Origin: Chiloscyllium plagiosum
Lineage: Eukaryota
DNA: 64,000 nt
Assembly (NCBI RefSeq): GCF_004010195.1
Contig: NC_057728.1
Coordinates: forward strand, 50,401,907 to 50,465,906
Direction of reading: 5' to 3'
Position 1 is the first letter of the stretch. Every line of letters begins with the position of its first letter. Shown piece after piece: positions 48,969-61,155 of the stretch. A program made the translations under genes and the position numbers. The notes under the pieces are model-generated. The model did not search any database. It saw only the letters and a program-made list of their open reading frames with translations, and was not told where the DNA came from.

Positions 48969-51900
48969 AAATAAAATGGAACCATTGCTTTTCAAAGAGC
49001 TTTTAATTATTAAGGAAAGAATCTCGACCAGTACATAGGATCTCCTTTGCTCTTGAAATGGTATATTGGGATCGTTCATGCCCACCTAAACAAGTATATG
49101 TGATTCTAACGTGATGTCTGGATGAGTCATCTCCAACATTGCAGCACACTCAGCACTGCACTGAAATATCAGTCTAGAATGTACTGATGTCAGTGTGTCC
49201 TGGAGTGGGGTCAGAGCTGCAGCCTTCTCACTTAGGCAGATGTGCTATGAATTAATTAAGTTGGCATGTAGTACAGAGGAATGCAGAAGGGTATATTTTG
49301 AGAAGAAGAATATAGAATCTAGCTTTGAATTGGCCTTCCTTGCCAAAAAAAATCAAAAAATCTAAATATAAGCTGCTTAAACAGTGACTTAGTATTCTCT
49401 GGGCCATGGAAGGGAATGTTTAACTTCTGCAAGGAACTCGGTACAATCAATGTTTGACTTTGTCTCTCTGCAGCATCTTAAAAATTATATTTTTACTTTT
49501 CTGTACTTGATGCAGCCCTTACATTTACTGTGAAATGTTTTAAAGTTTGGTTTAATTTTTTTTATTTCAAGGTTAAATGACAACATCTTAGTATTTGTGG
49601 ATATTGCTTGGAAATGCACACCTTTAATGATTTCTCTTTTTAAAAAAAAATAAAGTGGAAAATATAGTAAATGTTTGTGAGGGTAATAATTTGGAACTTT
49701 TTTGTATCTACGTAATTTGATCTATAGTAGCCATGATCATCATCCTGTGTCATGCACTCCACCAGCCTTGAAGGTGTTTTTGTTGACCTCCAGTTTTGTT
49801 AGGCTATATGACGCCTTATTCAGTCAACTTTGCCCGAATGTCAAGGCGTAACTGCGTTCATCTGTCTTATGTTTAGCATTCACATATGTCTGTAATTAAT
49901 CTGACTGGGTCAGAGGCTGGATGGTTTGCATGTAAACCAAAGTCTAATTTGATGGGTAGATTGTTTAGTTGCCATTTCTTAGTGACTCATGGATTGCTAC
50001 TGAGTGCACAGTTTCAGGGGAAAAAATCTCTGTTTTATTACTAATTCAGCAACAAGATAGAAGATTGCATTGGAATGGATGTACCACCTGCTTACTACAC
50101 AGTTAGTACATGCCTTTCTGTGTACTTAGTGAGATTCATGATTTAACATTTGAAATGGAATCATTGACATGTTTAAAATGTGCCAGTGGACTTTCACAGA
50201 TTATAAACTTCTTACATTTGTCATTTTACTGGTCTTTTTAAGACTACATGTGCCATGTCCATTTTTAAATTGCAGAAATATAGATTTAATGTTTTCTCTT
50301 TGCTCACTCTGCCACTCACTTTGGGAGTACAAAATCACTTTTCAATGTAAAGATATTTTTTACATCCCAAACTGTTTCTATCTGCATGTTTGTTCTAGTC
50401 ATTGGTCCCATAGTACATTTGATTTCACTGATTTTGATTTTGATTTTGTTTTGCCAATAATTTAGAAATACATTTAATGCATTATACAACATAAAATAAA
50501 TTTGGGCAGAGTATTGCAGACTTCAGGGTTCCATGTCAGGTTTGAAAATTCTCTTACCCCACCCCTGCTGGAGCATACATGTTCTTGCGATACGACAGCC
50601 AGATAGGCAGAGGGGACAGGGTCGCATTGGTAATAAGAAATGAATTTAAATCGATAGCACAAAGTAATTTAAAGTCAGAAGGCAGCAATATAAATAGGCA
50701 AGGGAAAAGGAAATAAATGACCAGATGAAGAGCAGATGGGAGAAAGCTCATCTGGAGCATAAATGCCGACATAAACCTGACATTGATCAATCTATTTAGC
50801 TCCTATATTGTGTATTCTATTTTTAAAAAATATGAGTCATTATTCCCAACAGGGGTCTTTCATGTGTTTCTATGATATTTCACTTAAGGCCAAGTTTGAG
50901 AAACTCCATCTAATACACATTTGCTTTAAAAACACATATTGTTTGGAGATTAGACTTGATGTGTAGCATTTGACCACACCTACACTACATACTCTAGCAT
51001 AGGACTTGAAGATTTGCTCAATGTTTGTGTTTTCCATGCGTTCTAGGATGGAGCCAAGTTCAGGAAATTGCTGACCAATGGAGTTGAACTACTGCAAGGA
51101 GTTTCACCAGCTTCTAAGGATAGCTATAGTTTCCATGGGTAAATGTCCATGGGAACTTTAACATGGTCACATTTATCATTTTAGTGTTGGAAATACATAG
51201 GGCAAGGGGAAGTGAATGGAATGCTGGAATCTTGTCTTTGCAGCATGTTTAAATACTGTTTCTGAGTCTCCAAACTTGGACTAAAATATACTGGCTTGGC
51301 CTTGTTTAAATCATTGTGCATATAGCTGAGTTGCGTATTGCCATCTTTCTTGTGGATAATATTTCTAGTTTGTAAGCTGTTTGCTAACCCCAACAAAATG
51401 AGGTATATTGTAAATAATTTGTGTATGCTTTTCAGTGTAGTTAGATTTTATATTTACAATATATTTGATATTTTATGAAAAATAAGTACTCTCCTGGTGC
51501 AATTGGTACAAGAATCAACAACGCTGAGAAAACCTAACCTTTGTTTCCAGCAGTTAAACCATAATGCTGTTTGATTTAAACTTTTTACTTTTGACTGTGT
51601 GCCAGGCTTGTGGAAGATAGCTGAAGATTAATTCAGTTGTTAGATGCTTTCCTGTGTAAGACCAAACTTCAGAGTTCAAACAAATGCCAGGAAATATTTG
51701 TAACGTCTCCTGAATAGTGGTTTCACAAATATTTGCTGTAATGGTTACTTCATAGTTAGAGGAAGCAAGTTAGCAGAGATGTAAACATTGGAAGTAACTG
51801 GTGCAGACTCCAGGAATTGATCCAAAAGGTGGAAAGGAAAAGGGTAATTTGCATAAGTCTGAGGGTACACTTCAGAATGCTGCTTAGAACCAGTTGAACC

Positions 51901-53300
51901 CCACCTTCTCCCATTTGCTTCCAGCAGTCCTCCTGAATCAAAAGTTCCAAATTGGTGTGAGCAGAAAGATCCATTTGAATGGAAGATTCTCTCGTGTAGA
52001 TTATGTGTGTATATTTGCCCGTATACATGGCTCCAGAATTGTTCACTGACATGGCCACAGTCCTTTTTCTTTCATCTCTTCCCATGTGATTGTTCATTCA
52101 GTTTTGGGTATCAATAGAAAAACATTTTTTCCATAAAAGTCTCCTACAATTGCAGTGTTTGTACAGTTGTGCCAATTTTGGTTTAAATTAAATCTGTTAC
52201 CTTCGAATCAATAAGACCGTTTCACAAAATAAACACTCACAAGTGCTGAACACTGCTTAAACTAGACATCAGTGCGATGGAGATATAAAGATGAGTTTGT
52301 AAACCAAAACTGGCTTGCTAATTGTAATTTAATTATTCTAGTTTTGCTTCTCAGTGTAGTTAGATTTTATATTAACTATGTATTTGATGTCATTTTGTGA
52401 AAAATATGTGTACTCTCCTGATGCAATTGGTACGAGAATCAGAGAAAATCTAACCTTTTAACCTTTGTTCCCAGCAGTTAAAAAATGAATGATACTTTGT
52501 TATGGCGAAGGATGCCACAGGCATGTAGACAAAAACAGTTATGGGACTGGAATAGTTGCTGATTACTAACTGGTGTTTGCATTTTACTTAAGCAGATACA
52601 ATAGTAGAAAGCTTGGAACCGTTACCTCTTAAAAATACATATAGCAATACCAATCATTACTAACTTGTATTGCTCGAGGTGAACAAAGTATTGGCAGAGT
52701 AGACTGGGCATACATTCTGCCTTTATGCACCACAAGGCATAGCAGCTGAATTGCTAAACTAAACCCCAAATCCTGAAATGCATGCACCTAGTCTGCCAAC
52801 ATGTGTAAACTTGCCTGCCCACTCTGACAATGCGTGCAGCTGTACGTATATATGCACAAATATGTAAATCTCTGTAGCTAAAATGAGAATTGCAGCATAA
52901 GAATATGGTGAATTTGGATTTGATGGATTGAAGAAAATACAAAATAGGAACAAGAATAGGCCATTCAGCTCTTCGAACCTGTTCTGCATCTTCCAGTTTT
53001 TTTTCTTTCTTAGTCATGCCTCTCTTGCTTATTCTGACGCTCATGCTAAATATCCATGGTATAACAGTTCTTTTGGGTTTTGGATAAATGGCATTCTCAA
53101 ACTCTTACTGTATTGGTGGTAATTTCAGGTCAAACATAGTTGAGGGAGTTGTTTTAAATGAATGAAAAAATACAGAGTTCCAGTATGTGATTGATTATTA
53201 TTGATTTTTATTGCAATAACATGTAATCTTGGACACTGGAGCTTCACACTTATTTCCTTTTGCCTCAGGTGTGGCATTAACTGATTTACAAGAATAAAAA

Positions 53301-53361
53301 ATGACTGATGCCAGTGAGATGTTGGCTGCTGCCTTGGAGCAAATGGATGGTATCATTGCAG
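53301..53361 (+). CDS. PPFIBP1: Liprin-beta-1 first coding exon, coding part (whole exon 53269-53361)
   Basis: Translates to MTDASEMLAAALEQMDGIIA(G), matching the vertebrate liprin-beta-1 N-terminus (human MMSDASDMLAAALEQMDGIIAG, from memory). Acceptor tttccttttgcctcag ends at 53268. An in-frame TAA lies at 53295-53297, just before the ATG. Phase-1 donor G|gtaag at 53362. Confidence 0.95.
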
Positions 53362-54137
53362 GTAAGATATTGCTAAGAATTCAGTTCAGTTTACACATTT
53401 AAGGTGTTTACACATTAAAGCACTTTTGTTTTAACTTTATGTCCACTTACTTGTTCCTCTGCTTTGAATACAGTGATCATTGCGTTATCACCAGGTCTAC
53501 TTCCATGAAATACATTTGAATTCTCTGTATCAAGCTGTATTTAGAGACACTGATGAATATTTTAAATGAAAATCATCTTGTGAATAACTTCAATAGAACA
53601 ATACTTGTTCCTGGTTTAAGACTACTGATGAGATGCCTATGAGGTAATAGTGAAATAAATGGACAACACAAAGCTAATTAGTCAAATGAGGCAAACATTT
53701 TATCAGTTCCCTAATTGAGCAAAACTGTCTTCTATTTTTACTAAACAACCTGTTCAGAGATGCTATTACACATCCTGGAGTAGGTAGGACTTGAACCTGG
53801 GCCTCCTAACTCAGAAATAGGGACATGACCGCTACGCCACAGGATGATCTTCTGTATGGTCTTGTGCATCAGAAGTAGATCACTTCAAAATTTATCCCCT
53901 AATATCAGGGCAAGACTGTTTTCTTGTTGAATACACTACAACTCTTCACCCAGCTTCAGGTTTCTGACTCTATAATGTCAGCTTTACACCACAACGGAGA
54001 TTAAAGGAATAGGAATATCTGAGACTAAATGCTTGTGATGCAGCTTTCCCCCTCCCATTTTGCAGTGCTTTCTGCCCAATGCCTACCTCTTAACCAGAGA
54101 GTTCAGCACAGGTTAATTGACCATTTGTCTTAACTTC

Positions 54138-55576
54138 TTAGAATCATAGCGATGTACAGCATGGAAACAGACCCTTTGGTCCAACTCATCCATGCCGACC
54201 AGATATCCTAACCTGATCTCATTCCATTAGTCAGCATTTGGCCCATGTTCCTCTAAACCGTTCCTATTCAATAGACCCATCCAGATGCCTTTTAAATGCT
54301 GTAATTGTACTAGCCTCCACCACTTCCTCTGTCAGCATGAAATTTCTTGGCATCAACCTGGTGGAGAATCTCACCTGGACCCTCAACACCAACTCCATAG
54401 CCAAGAAAGCCCAGCAGTATCTCTACTTTCTGCGTAGATTAAGGAAAGCCCATCTCCCATCCCCCATCCTCACCACTTTATACAAAGGGTTCATTGAGAA
54501 TACCCTGAGCAACTGCATCAATGCCTGGTTTGAGAATAGCACCATCTTGAATCTTAAGACTCTACAACAGATAGTGAGGACAGCTGAGAAGACATCAAGG
54601 TCTCTCTTCTCTCCATTACAGACATTTACACCACACGCTGCATCCGAAAGGCTTAACAGCATTATGGATGACCCCACGCATTCATCATTCAAATTCTTCT
54701 CCCTGCTGCCATCTGGCAGAAGATATCAGAGCATTCGGTCTGTCACGACCAGACTGTGCAATAGTTTCATCCCCCAAGCCATTGTACTCCTTAACACTAT
54801 ATGATTACACTACTCCATTTGCAATTTTCTGATAAATTTTTGAATTGCTGCTAAAACAATGTTTCATAAATGATCATTCATTGTTATATTGTAATTTGTC
54901 CACCGCTGTGCCTGTTGTCTTGTCAGGAATTACTGTGCTGTCTTGCATGTTTGCACTTTTCTATGTACTTTATACTGCCCTGTCTATGACTGTACTCTCG
55001 TGTAGTCATATGGCACCTTGGTCCTGGAGCAACACTATCTCATTTTTATTGTGCCAGCTGTAAATGGTAGAAGCAACAAATAAAGTTACTCTACTCCACA
55101 CACGCACCACTCTCTGTATGAAAGCATTGCCCCTTAGCTCCCTTTTATATTATTCCCCCTCACCCGAAACCTATACCCGGTAGTTCTGGACTCCCCCACC
55201 CCAGGGAAAAGACTTTGTTAATCACATGATTTTATATGGTCACTCCTCAGTCTCTGATGCTCCTGGGAAAACAGCCCCAGCCTATTCAACCTCGCCATAT
55301 AGCTCAAACTCTCCGACTCTAGCAACATCCTTGTAAGCCTTTTCTGAACCCTTTCAAGTTTCACAACATCCTTCAGATCAGAATTGAATGCAATATTCCA
55401 AAAGTGGCCTAACCAATGTCCTGTACAACCACAACATGACCTCCCAACTCCTATACTCAATACTCTGACCAGTAAAGGAAAGCATGCCAAACGCCGCCTT
55501 CACTATCCTATCTACCTGTGACTCTACTTCCAAGGAACTATGAAGCTGCATTCCAAGGCCTCTTTGTTCAGCAACA
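54138..55576 (-). mobile_element. CR1-type LINE 3' part, split by a Rex/Babar insertion
   Basis: CR1 runs to ..cctctgtcagc at 54336 and resumes cacacgcacc at ~55099. Confidence 0.88.
54337..55097 (+). mobile_element. Rex1/Babar-type LINE 3' end
   Basis: KFLGINLVENLTWTLNTNSIAKKAQQYLYFLRRLRK...LLPSGRRY...SFIPQAI, then a 3' UTR ending aataaagttactctact. Confidence 0.85.
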
Positions 55577-55774
55577 TTTGTTAATTATGGGACCGCATTC
55601 TTTTGGAATTGGTTGCTGCAATTGCTTACGCAACTCAAACATGTGCTTTGAGACATGAGGATGTGAAAGTTGTTTTCCCTACCCACTTTTCCTTCTGTCA
55701 TGTGGTTTGATTTTCTTCACTTTCAAATTTTTTCTGCACCACTGAAGTGACTTAACAGTACTGTGTTTGTTCAA

Positions 55775-55860
55775 AGTTTGAGAGAAGATTTGTAGCTTGG
55801 GTGCTTGTTGTTGTGGTTCCACAAATTCCCAGCTCGGCGAACAGAACCACAACACTCTGC
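55775..55860. mobile_element. Penelope-like terminal fragment
   Basis: gagaagatttgtagct is shared with the end of the 2496 element. Small hairpin tgttgtggttc / gaaccacaaca. Confidence 0.5.
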
Positions 55861-57554
55861 TTGTTGTTACGGTTTGGTGGTGAGTTGTAACTTCAGATTC
55901 TGATTCAGTAATGGAGCAAGTTTGCTTTTTGAGCCACAAATATGAATAGGAAATGTTTAGCGGGATATGGGCTAAATGCTGGCAAATGGGGTTAGATCAC
56001 ATTGAAATGTTTAGTTGGCACGGATAAGTTGGACCAAAGGATCGGTTTCTGTGCTGTATGACTGACTCTATTTAAGCTATTACCTGGCTCCTCATATCAG
56101 ATTGGGGCAGTAATATAATTGAGGAAATAAATTGATGCCTGAAATGTTTTCAAAAAATTAACTTATCAAATAGTATATATCACTGCAAGTCTAATTGTGT
56201 TATAGAATCTTTTAATATTTTTCCTATTCAGTATTGTTTTAAAATTACTTAAATTTAAGGGCCAGGACTTTTTGCTTGAAGGATAATCTTAGTAAACAAA
56301 CTTAATTTAAAAATAATCTTTCTCATAAAAAAAATTCTCAGAACAAAATGCCAGACTGTTGTCATCTGTAAAGACAACCAATAAGTTAATGCTGTGTCAA
56401 TTCACTTTCAGTAAATGTCTAAACTTATCTAGAATTCTTTGATCACCATGAAGTGACATTGTTATGGAGACATTGTTTCTCTACCCCGTAAATCTGAAGT
56501 GTTTTGAAACTACCTGTATTTCTGTAATATTCTTGAAGAAACACAAGGTGGAACTAAAAGTAGATCATTCTGCCTTTTGAGCCTGCTCCATCATTCAAAA
56601 TTATCATGGCCGATCCTCTCCCTTAGTCCTGTTCGTTTTCTTCCCATACCCGTTGATTCCTTTAATGTCTAAAAATAAATCAATCACTCTCTTGAATATA
56701 TTGTGACTTCTGTGAAGGAAAATTTCACTGGTGTGCTACCCTTTGAGTGAAGAACTATATCCTCATCTCTATCCTAAATAGCCTACCCTGTATTCTGAGA
56801 TTGTGACCTCGGTTTTAGACTTTCCAACCAGGGAAAACTTCCTTCATCTAGTCTGTCCAGCCTTGTTAGACTTTAATAAATTTGAAGCAAATCCCCCTTT
56901 CATCCTTCTAAACTCTGGGGAAGGCAGACTACCTGAAACAGACCTGGCATCTCCTATCAACCAAGTGAACCTCTGCGCTCCCTCTAGTGGAATGTCTATG
57001 GTAGGTTGAAAACACAATCATCACTACCTCAAATTGTTAATTCTTTCACATCGTGCACAAGCATCAGAAAAACATGGCATCTGTTAGGTTATTTTCTTGG
57101 CTGTTATACTTCTGTTAGGCTTTGATTAGTTACATCTGTCATTTTGCTGCAACACTTTGAATTTTCTGCCTAATAAATTCAGGCTGCATTTCATAATGTA
57201 GAATCAAATAATGTGGCATAATTAAATACTGAGTAGTATGTCCAGAGGTTTGGTGTTATGAAGAACCTTCCAATTCATCTGCGTATGCTGTGGCAACTCA
57301 GTTGTAACAGCATCATTCAGGATAATAAGCATTTGGATTTTGTTTCTCGTTTTTTTTTTGCCTGTAAGAAAGCATATCAATGACCTGGTGTTTAGGGTCA
57401 ACTTCATTTTTATAAACAAGTGCTGCTTCTGTCTTGAAAGTTAATACATATGTGCACACTACCTGCTAATTTTCAGCCCAGATGTTATGTTTGCATTGTC
57501 ACCTCATTAGATGTGCATGACTATTTCAATTATTTCTGATTCATTTTTGACCAG

Positions 57555-57760
57555 GTTCAAAGTCTTTAGACTACTCAAATGGCTTGTTTGACTGTCAGTC
57601 ACCAAACTCCCCATATATTGGTGGGCTGCGTGTATTACACCTAGTTGAAGATCTTCGTGGACTGCTAGAGCTAATGGAAAGTGAGGAAAAAGATGGATTG
57701 CGGTCTCAAATACCAGACTCAACTGCAGAACTTCTGAGTGAATGGTTACAGAGCCATCTG
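57555..57760 (+). CDS. PPFIBP1: Liprin-beta-1 second coding exon (206 bp)
   Basis: Acceptor tttttgaccag ends at 57554. Continues in phase 1 as (G)SKSLDYSNGLFDCQSPNSPYIGGLRVLHLVEDLRGLLELMESEEKDGLRSQIPDSTAELLSEWLQSHL, closely matching PPFIBP1 rather than PPFIBP2. Donor CTG|gtaagc at 57761. Confidence 0.95.
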
Positions 57761-58226
57761 GTAAGCAGTTGATACGGAGCATCTACTTTCTCTGGCTCTA
57801 TTTAATTCTTTCCAGTATTTTAATATGAATGCATCTTGCCCTGCTTTTGTTTTTAATTCATTCATGGGACCTGGGTATTGCTGGCAAAACCATTTTGCCC
57901 ATCCCTGTTAGTTAATGTTCACAGTAATTTACCAATTGACAAATGAGGGGGAAAAAGTTCAGCAGCAAGTGATGTTCACTGCTAACAAGACACTGCTGTT
58001 AGGGGAAAAATGATGTTCAGCTTATCACACAAGTGATGTGTATGTATTTCAGTGTTAGTGTGACACCAGTTATGTTGTGCATATACCCCAAAGACCAATG
58101 GATCGTATAAAATAGCATGTCCCTTTGATTATTCGCAGCAAGTTACTGACCATATTCAACTGCACTTACAGAACTCAAGATAATGTCTAACGTTAGATGT
58201 GATTCTGCAATTGGATGATATTTACT

Positions 58227-58266
58227 GGATTCCTGAAGAAGGGCTTATGCCCGAAACGTCGATTCT
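58227..58266 (+). ncRNA. Minimal hammerhead ribozyme motif (intact core)
   Basis: GGAUUC-CUGAAGA-A-GGGC-UUAU-GCCC-GAAACGUC-GAUUCU. Confidence 0.75.
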
Positions 58267-58361
58267 CCTCCTTGGATGCTGTCTGACCTGCTGCGCTTTT
58301 CCAGCAACACATTTTTCAGCTCTGATCTCCAGCATCTGCAGTCCTCACTTTCTCCTAGTTG
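58231..58361 (+). mobile_element. Fold-back family element, single arm with intact hammerhead core
   Basis: 11-bp direct repeat atttactggat at 58220-58230 and 58362-58372. Confidence 0.85.
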
Positions 58362-59901
58362 ATTTACTGGATAATCCTGAATTTGCATAACATTATGCAG
58401 GCAGCTAATTTAGAATTGTCAGTATGGCTCACATTGTGGTGTATTTGTGTGTGCTGGAAGTTATATCTATTAATATACAGGAAGGGTGAACATGTGCATT
58501 CACTGCACCTCGTTTAACTCAACAGCCATTCTTTGATTTATTGTTGGGACATCAGCTTGACTGGTTTAAGATTCAAACAAAGCCTGATATTCATTAACAG
58601 CTGCAAATCCCGATTCATTGTCTCTCCCAATCAGAATCTGCTTGTCAACCAGTTGGCACTTCTTTTGAAGTGAAATGTTGACTTCTGCTTTTGAAGGTAT
58701 TCTTAGCAAATGTCCCAATGAGTGCATGTTAATAAACGTTGATGCGATGAGTCTTTTTTAACTCAAAAAAAAATAGCTGTCATGCATTGTTGATTGGCAG
58801 AACTTTAGTTTTACCGACTATCTTTATCAGTGGATCTTCAATTAAACACACTAATTCGTTATCTCGCCCCTCTCTAAAATTTCAATAATCTTTTGATATT
58901 CTAAACTCTACACCCACAAAGTGAAGGGAAATAAAAGAAAATCCTCTGGAATCCTCAGTAAAGATCTTGCAGAAAGGATGCCTAAACTTGGTATTTACTA
59001 TTTTTGTTACTTTCTAGGCTTTTCATTCTCATCATTTTTAGGAGCAAACAATTCCTGCCAAGTAAGATAAATATCAACAATGGGAAGAAACTTTAAAAAT
59101 AAACAGACTTCACCTCAGATGTCCTGTTTCAAGAGGATGTGAATTATGGGTGTGTACTTGAGAGTCAGTGCCAACAATAATGTTAGCATTGGGTTTGTTT
59201 TTGATGCTAATTTTGCCAATAGGAATCAGAAACTGACTGTGTTGTAGTCTGACATGATAACATAACTAGTCCTGAGGTTTTTCCAGAATTTGTGGCGCAG
59301 AACATCTTTCCAGCAGTTCAGCTTTATATATTCTAATCTTCTGCTAACTTAATTTGCTTCCCCTTTATTCCTTCATTCTGTGAAATAGTTTCTTTGATCT
59401 GTCTAACCAGAGGAAGTGCAAATGGAAAAAAAAAACTTGCATTTACATAGCACTTTTCACATTCTTGTAGGACTGTATAAAATGACAATACTGAGACTGG
59501 CTGTATGGCCCATCAGTGTGATGTTTACTCTCCATTGTGCCCATCATTTCCTTCTCTCTTGCTGTCAACCATCTGGCTCCCCTTGAGTACTGACTGATTT
59601 TAGCGTCAGTCACAACTCTGGTCTCCTGTGATTTTTGCCTTTCAAAAAAAAGTTATCAATGTTTGTGTTTAATCTTAAATCTTATGCTTCCTCTATTTTA
59701 CACAATTTAATCACTGTAAGGAATCTCCAAAGAACCTTACTTTTCATAGTAAGGTCAGTTTGCCTATAGCAAGGTTCTACTGCCCAGCAATAAGATCAAT
59801 ACACAGTTAGCACTAAGGTGGTGTTGCTTGAATGAGGGAGGTTTGTTATCTCACACAACCTTTTAAGTTGATAACTTTCACTGAACAGATGGTTTAACAT
59901 G

Positions 59902-60054
59902 ATTCCTGTGTTTCACGATTCAGCATTCCTGATGAAGGCCTTTTGCCCGAAACATCGATTTTCCTGCTCCTCTGATGCTGCCTGACCTGTGCTTTTCCAG
60001 CATCACTCTAATCTAGACTCTGATTTCCAGCATCTGCAGTCCTCACTTTTGCCT
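59902..60054 (+). mobile_element. Fold-back family element
   Basis: Core ctgatgaaggccttttgcccgaaacatc, slightly degenerate. 15-bp TSD agatggtttaacatg at 59887-59901 and 60055-60069. Confidence 0.85.
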
Positions 60055-60077
60055 AGATGGTTTAACATGTCTATAAG

Positions 60078-60242
60078 GAGAAAGTGAGGTCTGCGGACAC
60101 TGGTGATCAGAGCTGAAAATGTGTTGCTGGAAAAGCGCAGCAGGTCAGGCAGCAATCTAAGGATTCCTGAAGAAGGGCTTATGCCCGAAACGTCGATTCT
60201 CCTGTTCCCTGGATGCTGCCTGACCTGCTGCGCATTTTCAGC
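60078..60242 (-). mobile_element. Fold-back family element, tail facing the previous copy
   Basis: 15-bp TSD taacatgtctataag at 60063-60077 and 60243-60257. Confidence 0.85.
60161..60200 (+). ncRNA. Minimal hammerhead ribozyme motif (intact core)
   Basis: Identical at 40/40 positions to 58227-58266. Confidence 0.75.
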
Positions 60243-60749
60243 TAACATGTCTATAAGACAACTTCAACAACACAGCAATAATCTTAGATTGTATGTTGAC
60301 TTCTGAGTTGAAATTGAGATAAAAGTATCCTTACTAATGAGCCATGTGTGTAAAACTGTTCTGATTTTATATTGTTTCCAATGAATGAGGGAATCTGATT
60401 TAGTCTATCAGACAGTGCCATCCTGTGGTGATTCCATATTGTTAGTCAGTAGTGGCATTTCATTTTTGCATTTAATCATCTGTATACAGGAATTTGGACA
60501 AGCCAAATAAAAATAATGGTATTTGAATATAGAGGAGCCTTTTTCTTGTATTTACTTAGTCATTGCTGTATGAAGTATTATTAGACTGTGAAGCTAGAAA
60601 AATTATTACCGAAATTGGCATTTAAAAATAAAAACTGGGTGGAGAGGATATTTGATTTAGAATTATAACATTTAAAGTATTGTTTTCCAATTTTAAGCTC
60701 CCTAATCTTGGGCTGTGAAGAAGTATGAATATACCTGACTTAGTTATAG

Positions 60750-61155
60750 AGGCAATATTATGGGGAAGCCCAGGTTTGAATCCTACCATGGCAGCAGATC
60801 TGAATTAAATTCAACACATCTGGAATTAAGAATCCTGTTAAACCCGAGACCATTGTTGATTATCGTTAACCAAACTAATTCATTTAATGTCCTTTATTTA
60901 AGGCCTACATGTGACTTCAGTCCCACAGCAATAATGTTGACCTTAATAGTCTTCTAAAATGGTCTAACAAGCCACCCAGCTCTGTCAATAACTAGAAAGT
61001 CTCAAAAAACGGAATGAAATTGCATGGTTCATCTGGCATCTACCAAGACATCACAATGACAAACTTGGCCCTGTCAATCCTGAAGTCTTCCTTACCAACA
61101 TCTGGGGCTTAGCGCCAAACTTGGGAGATCTGTCTCACAGACTCGTCAAGCATTA
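60750..61155 (+). mobile_element. SINE/L2-type 5' fragment
   Basis: cccaggtttgaatcctaccatggcag...ctggaattaagaatc; same family as 28089-28405. Confidence 0.6.

Noticed and set aside
49700..50050. Possible conserved enhancer (AP-1-like tgactca near 49983)
   Set aside because: Short motifs are expected by chance and conservation cannot be assessed without alignments.
54238..54804. Longest ORF (188 aa) as a gene
   Set aside because: Chance fusion of antisense CR1 sequence with a Rex/Babar ORF2 C-terminus.
57507..57782. 91-aa minus-strand ORF
   Set aside because: Antisense to the PPFIBP1 exon.
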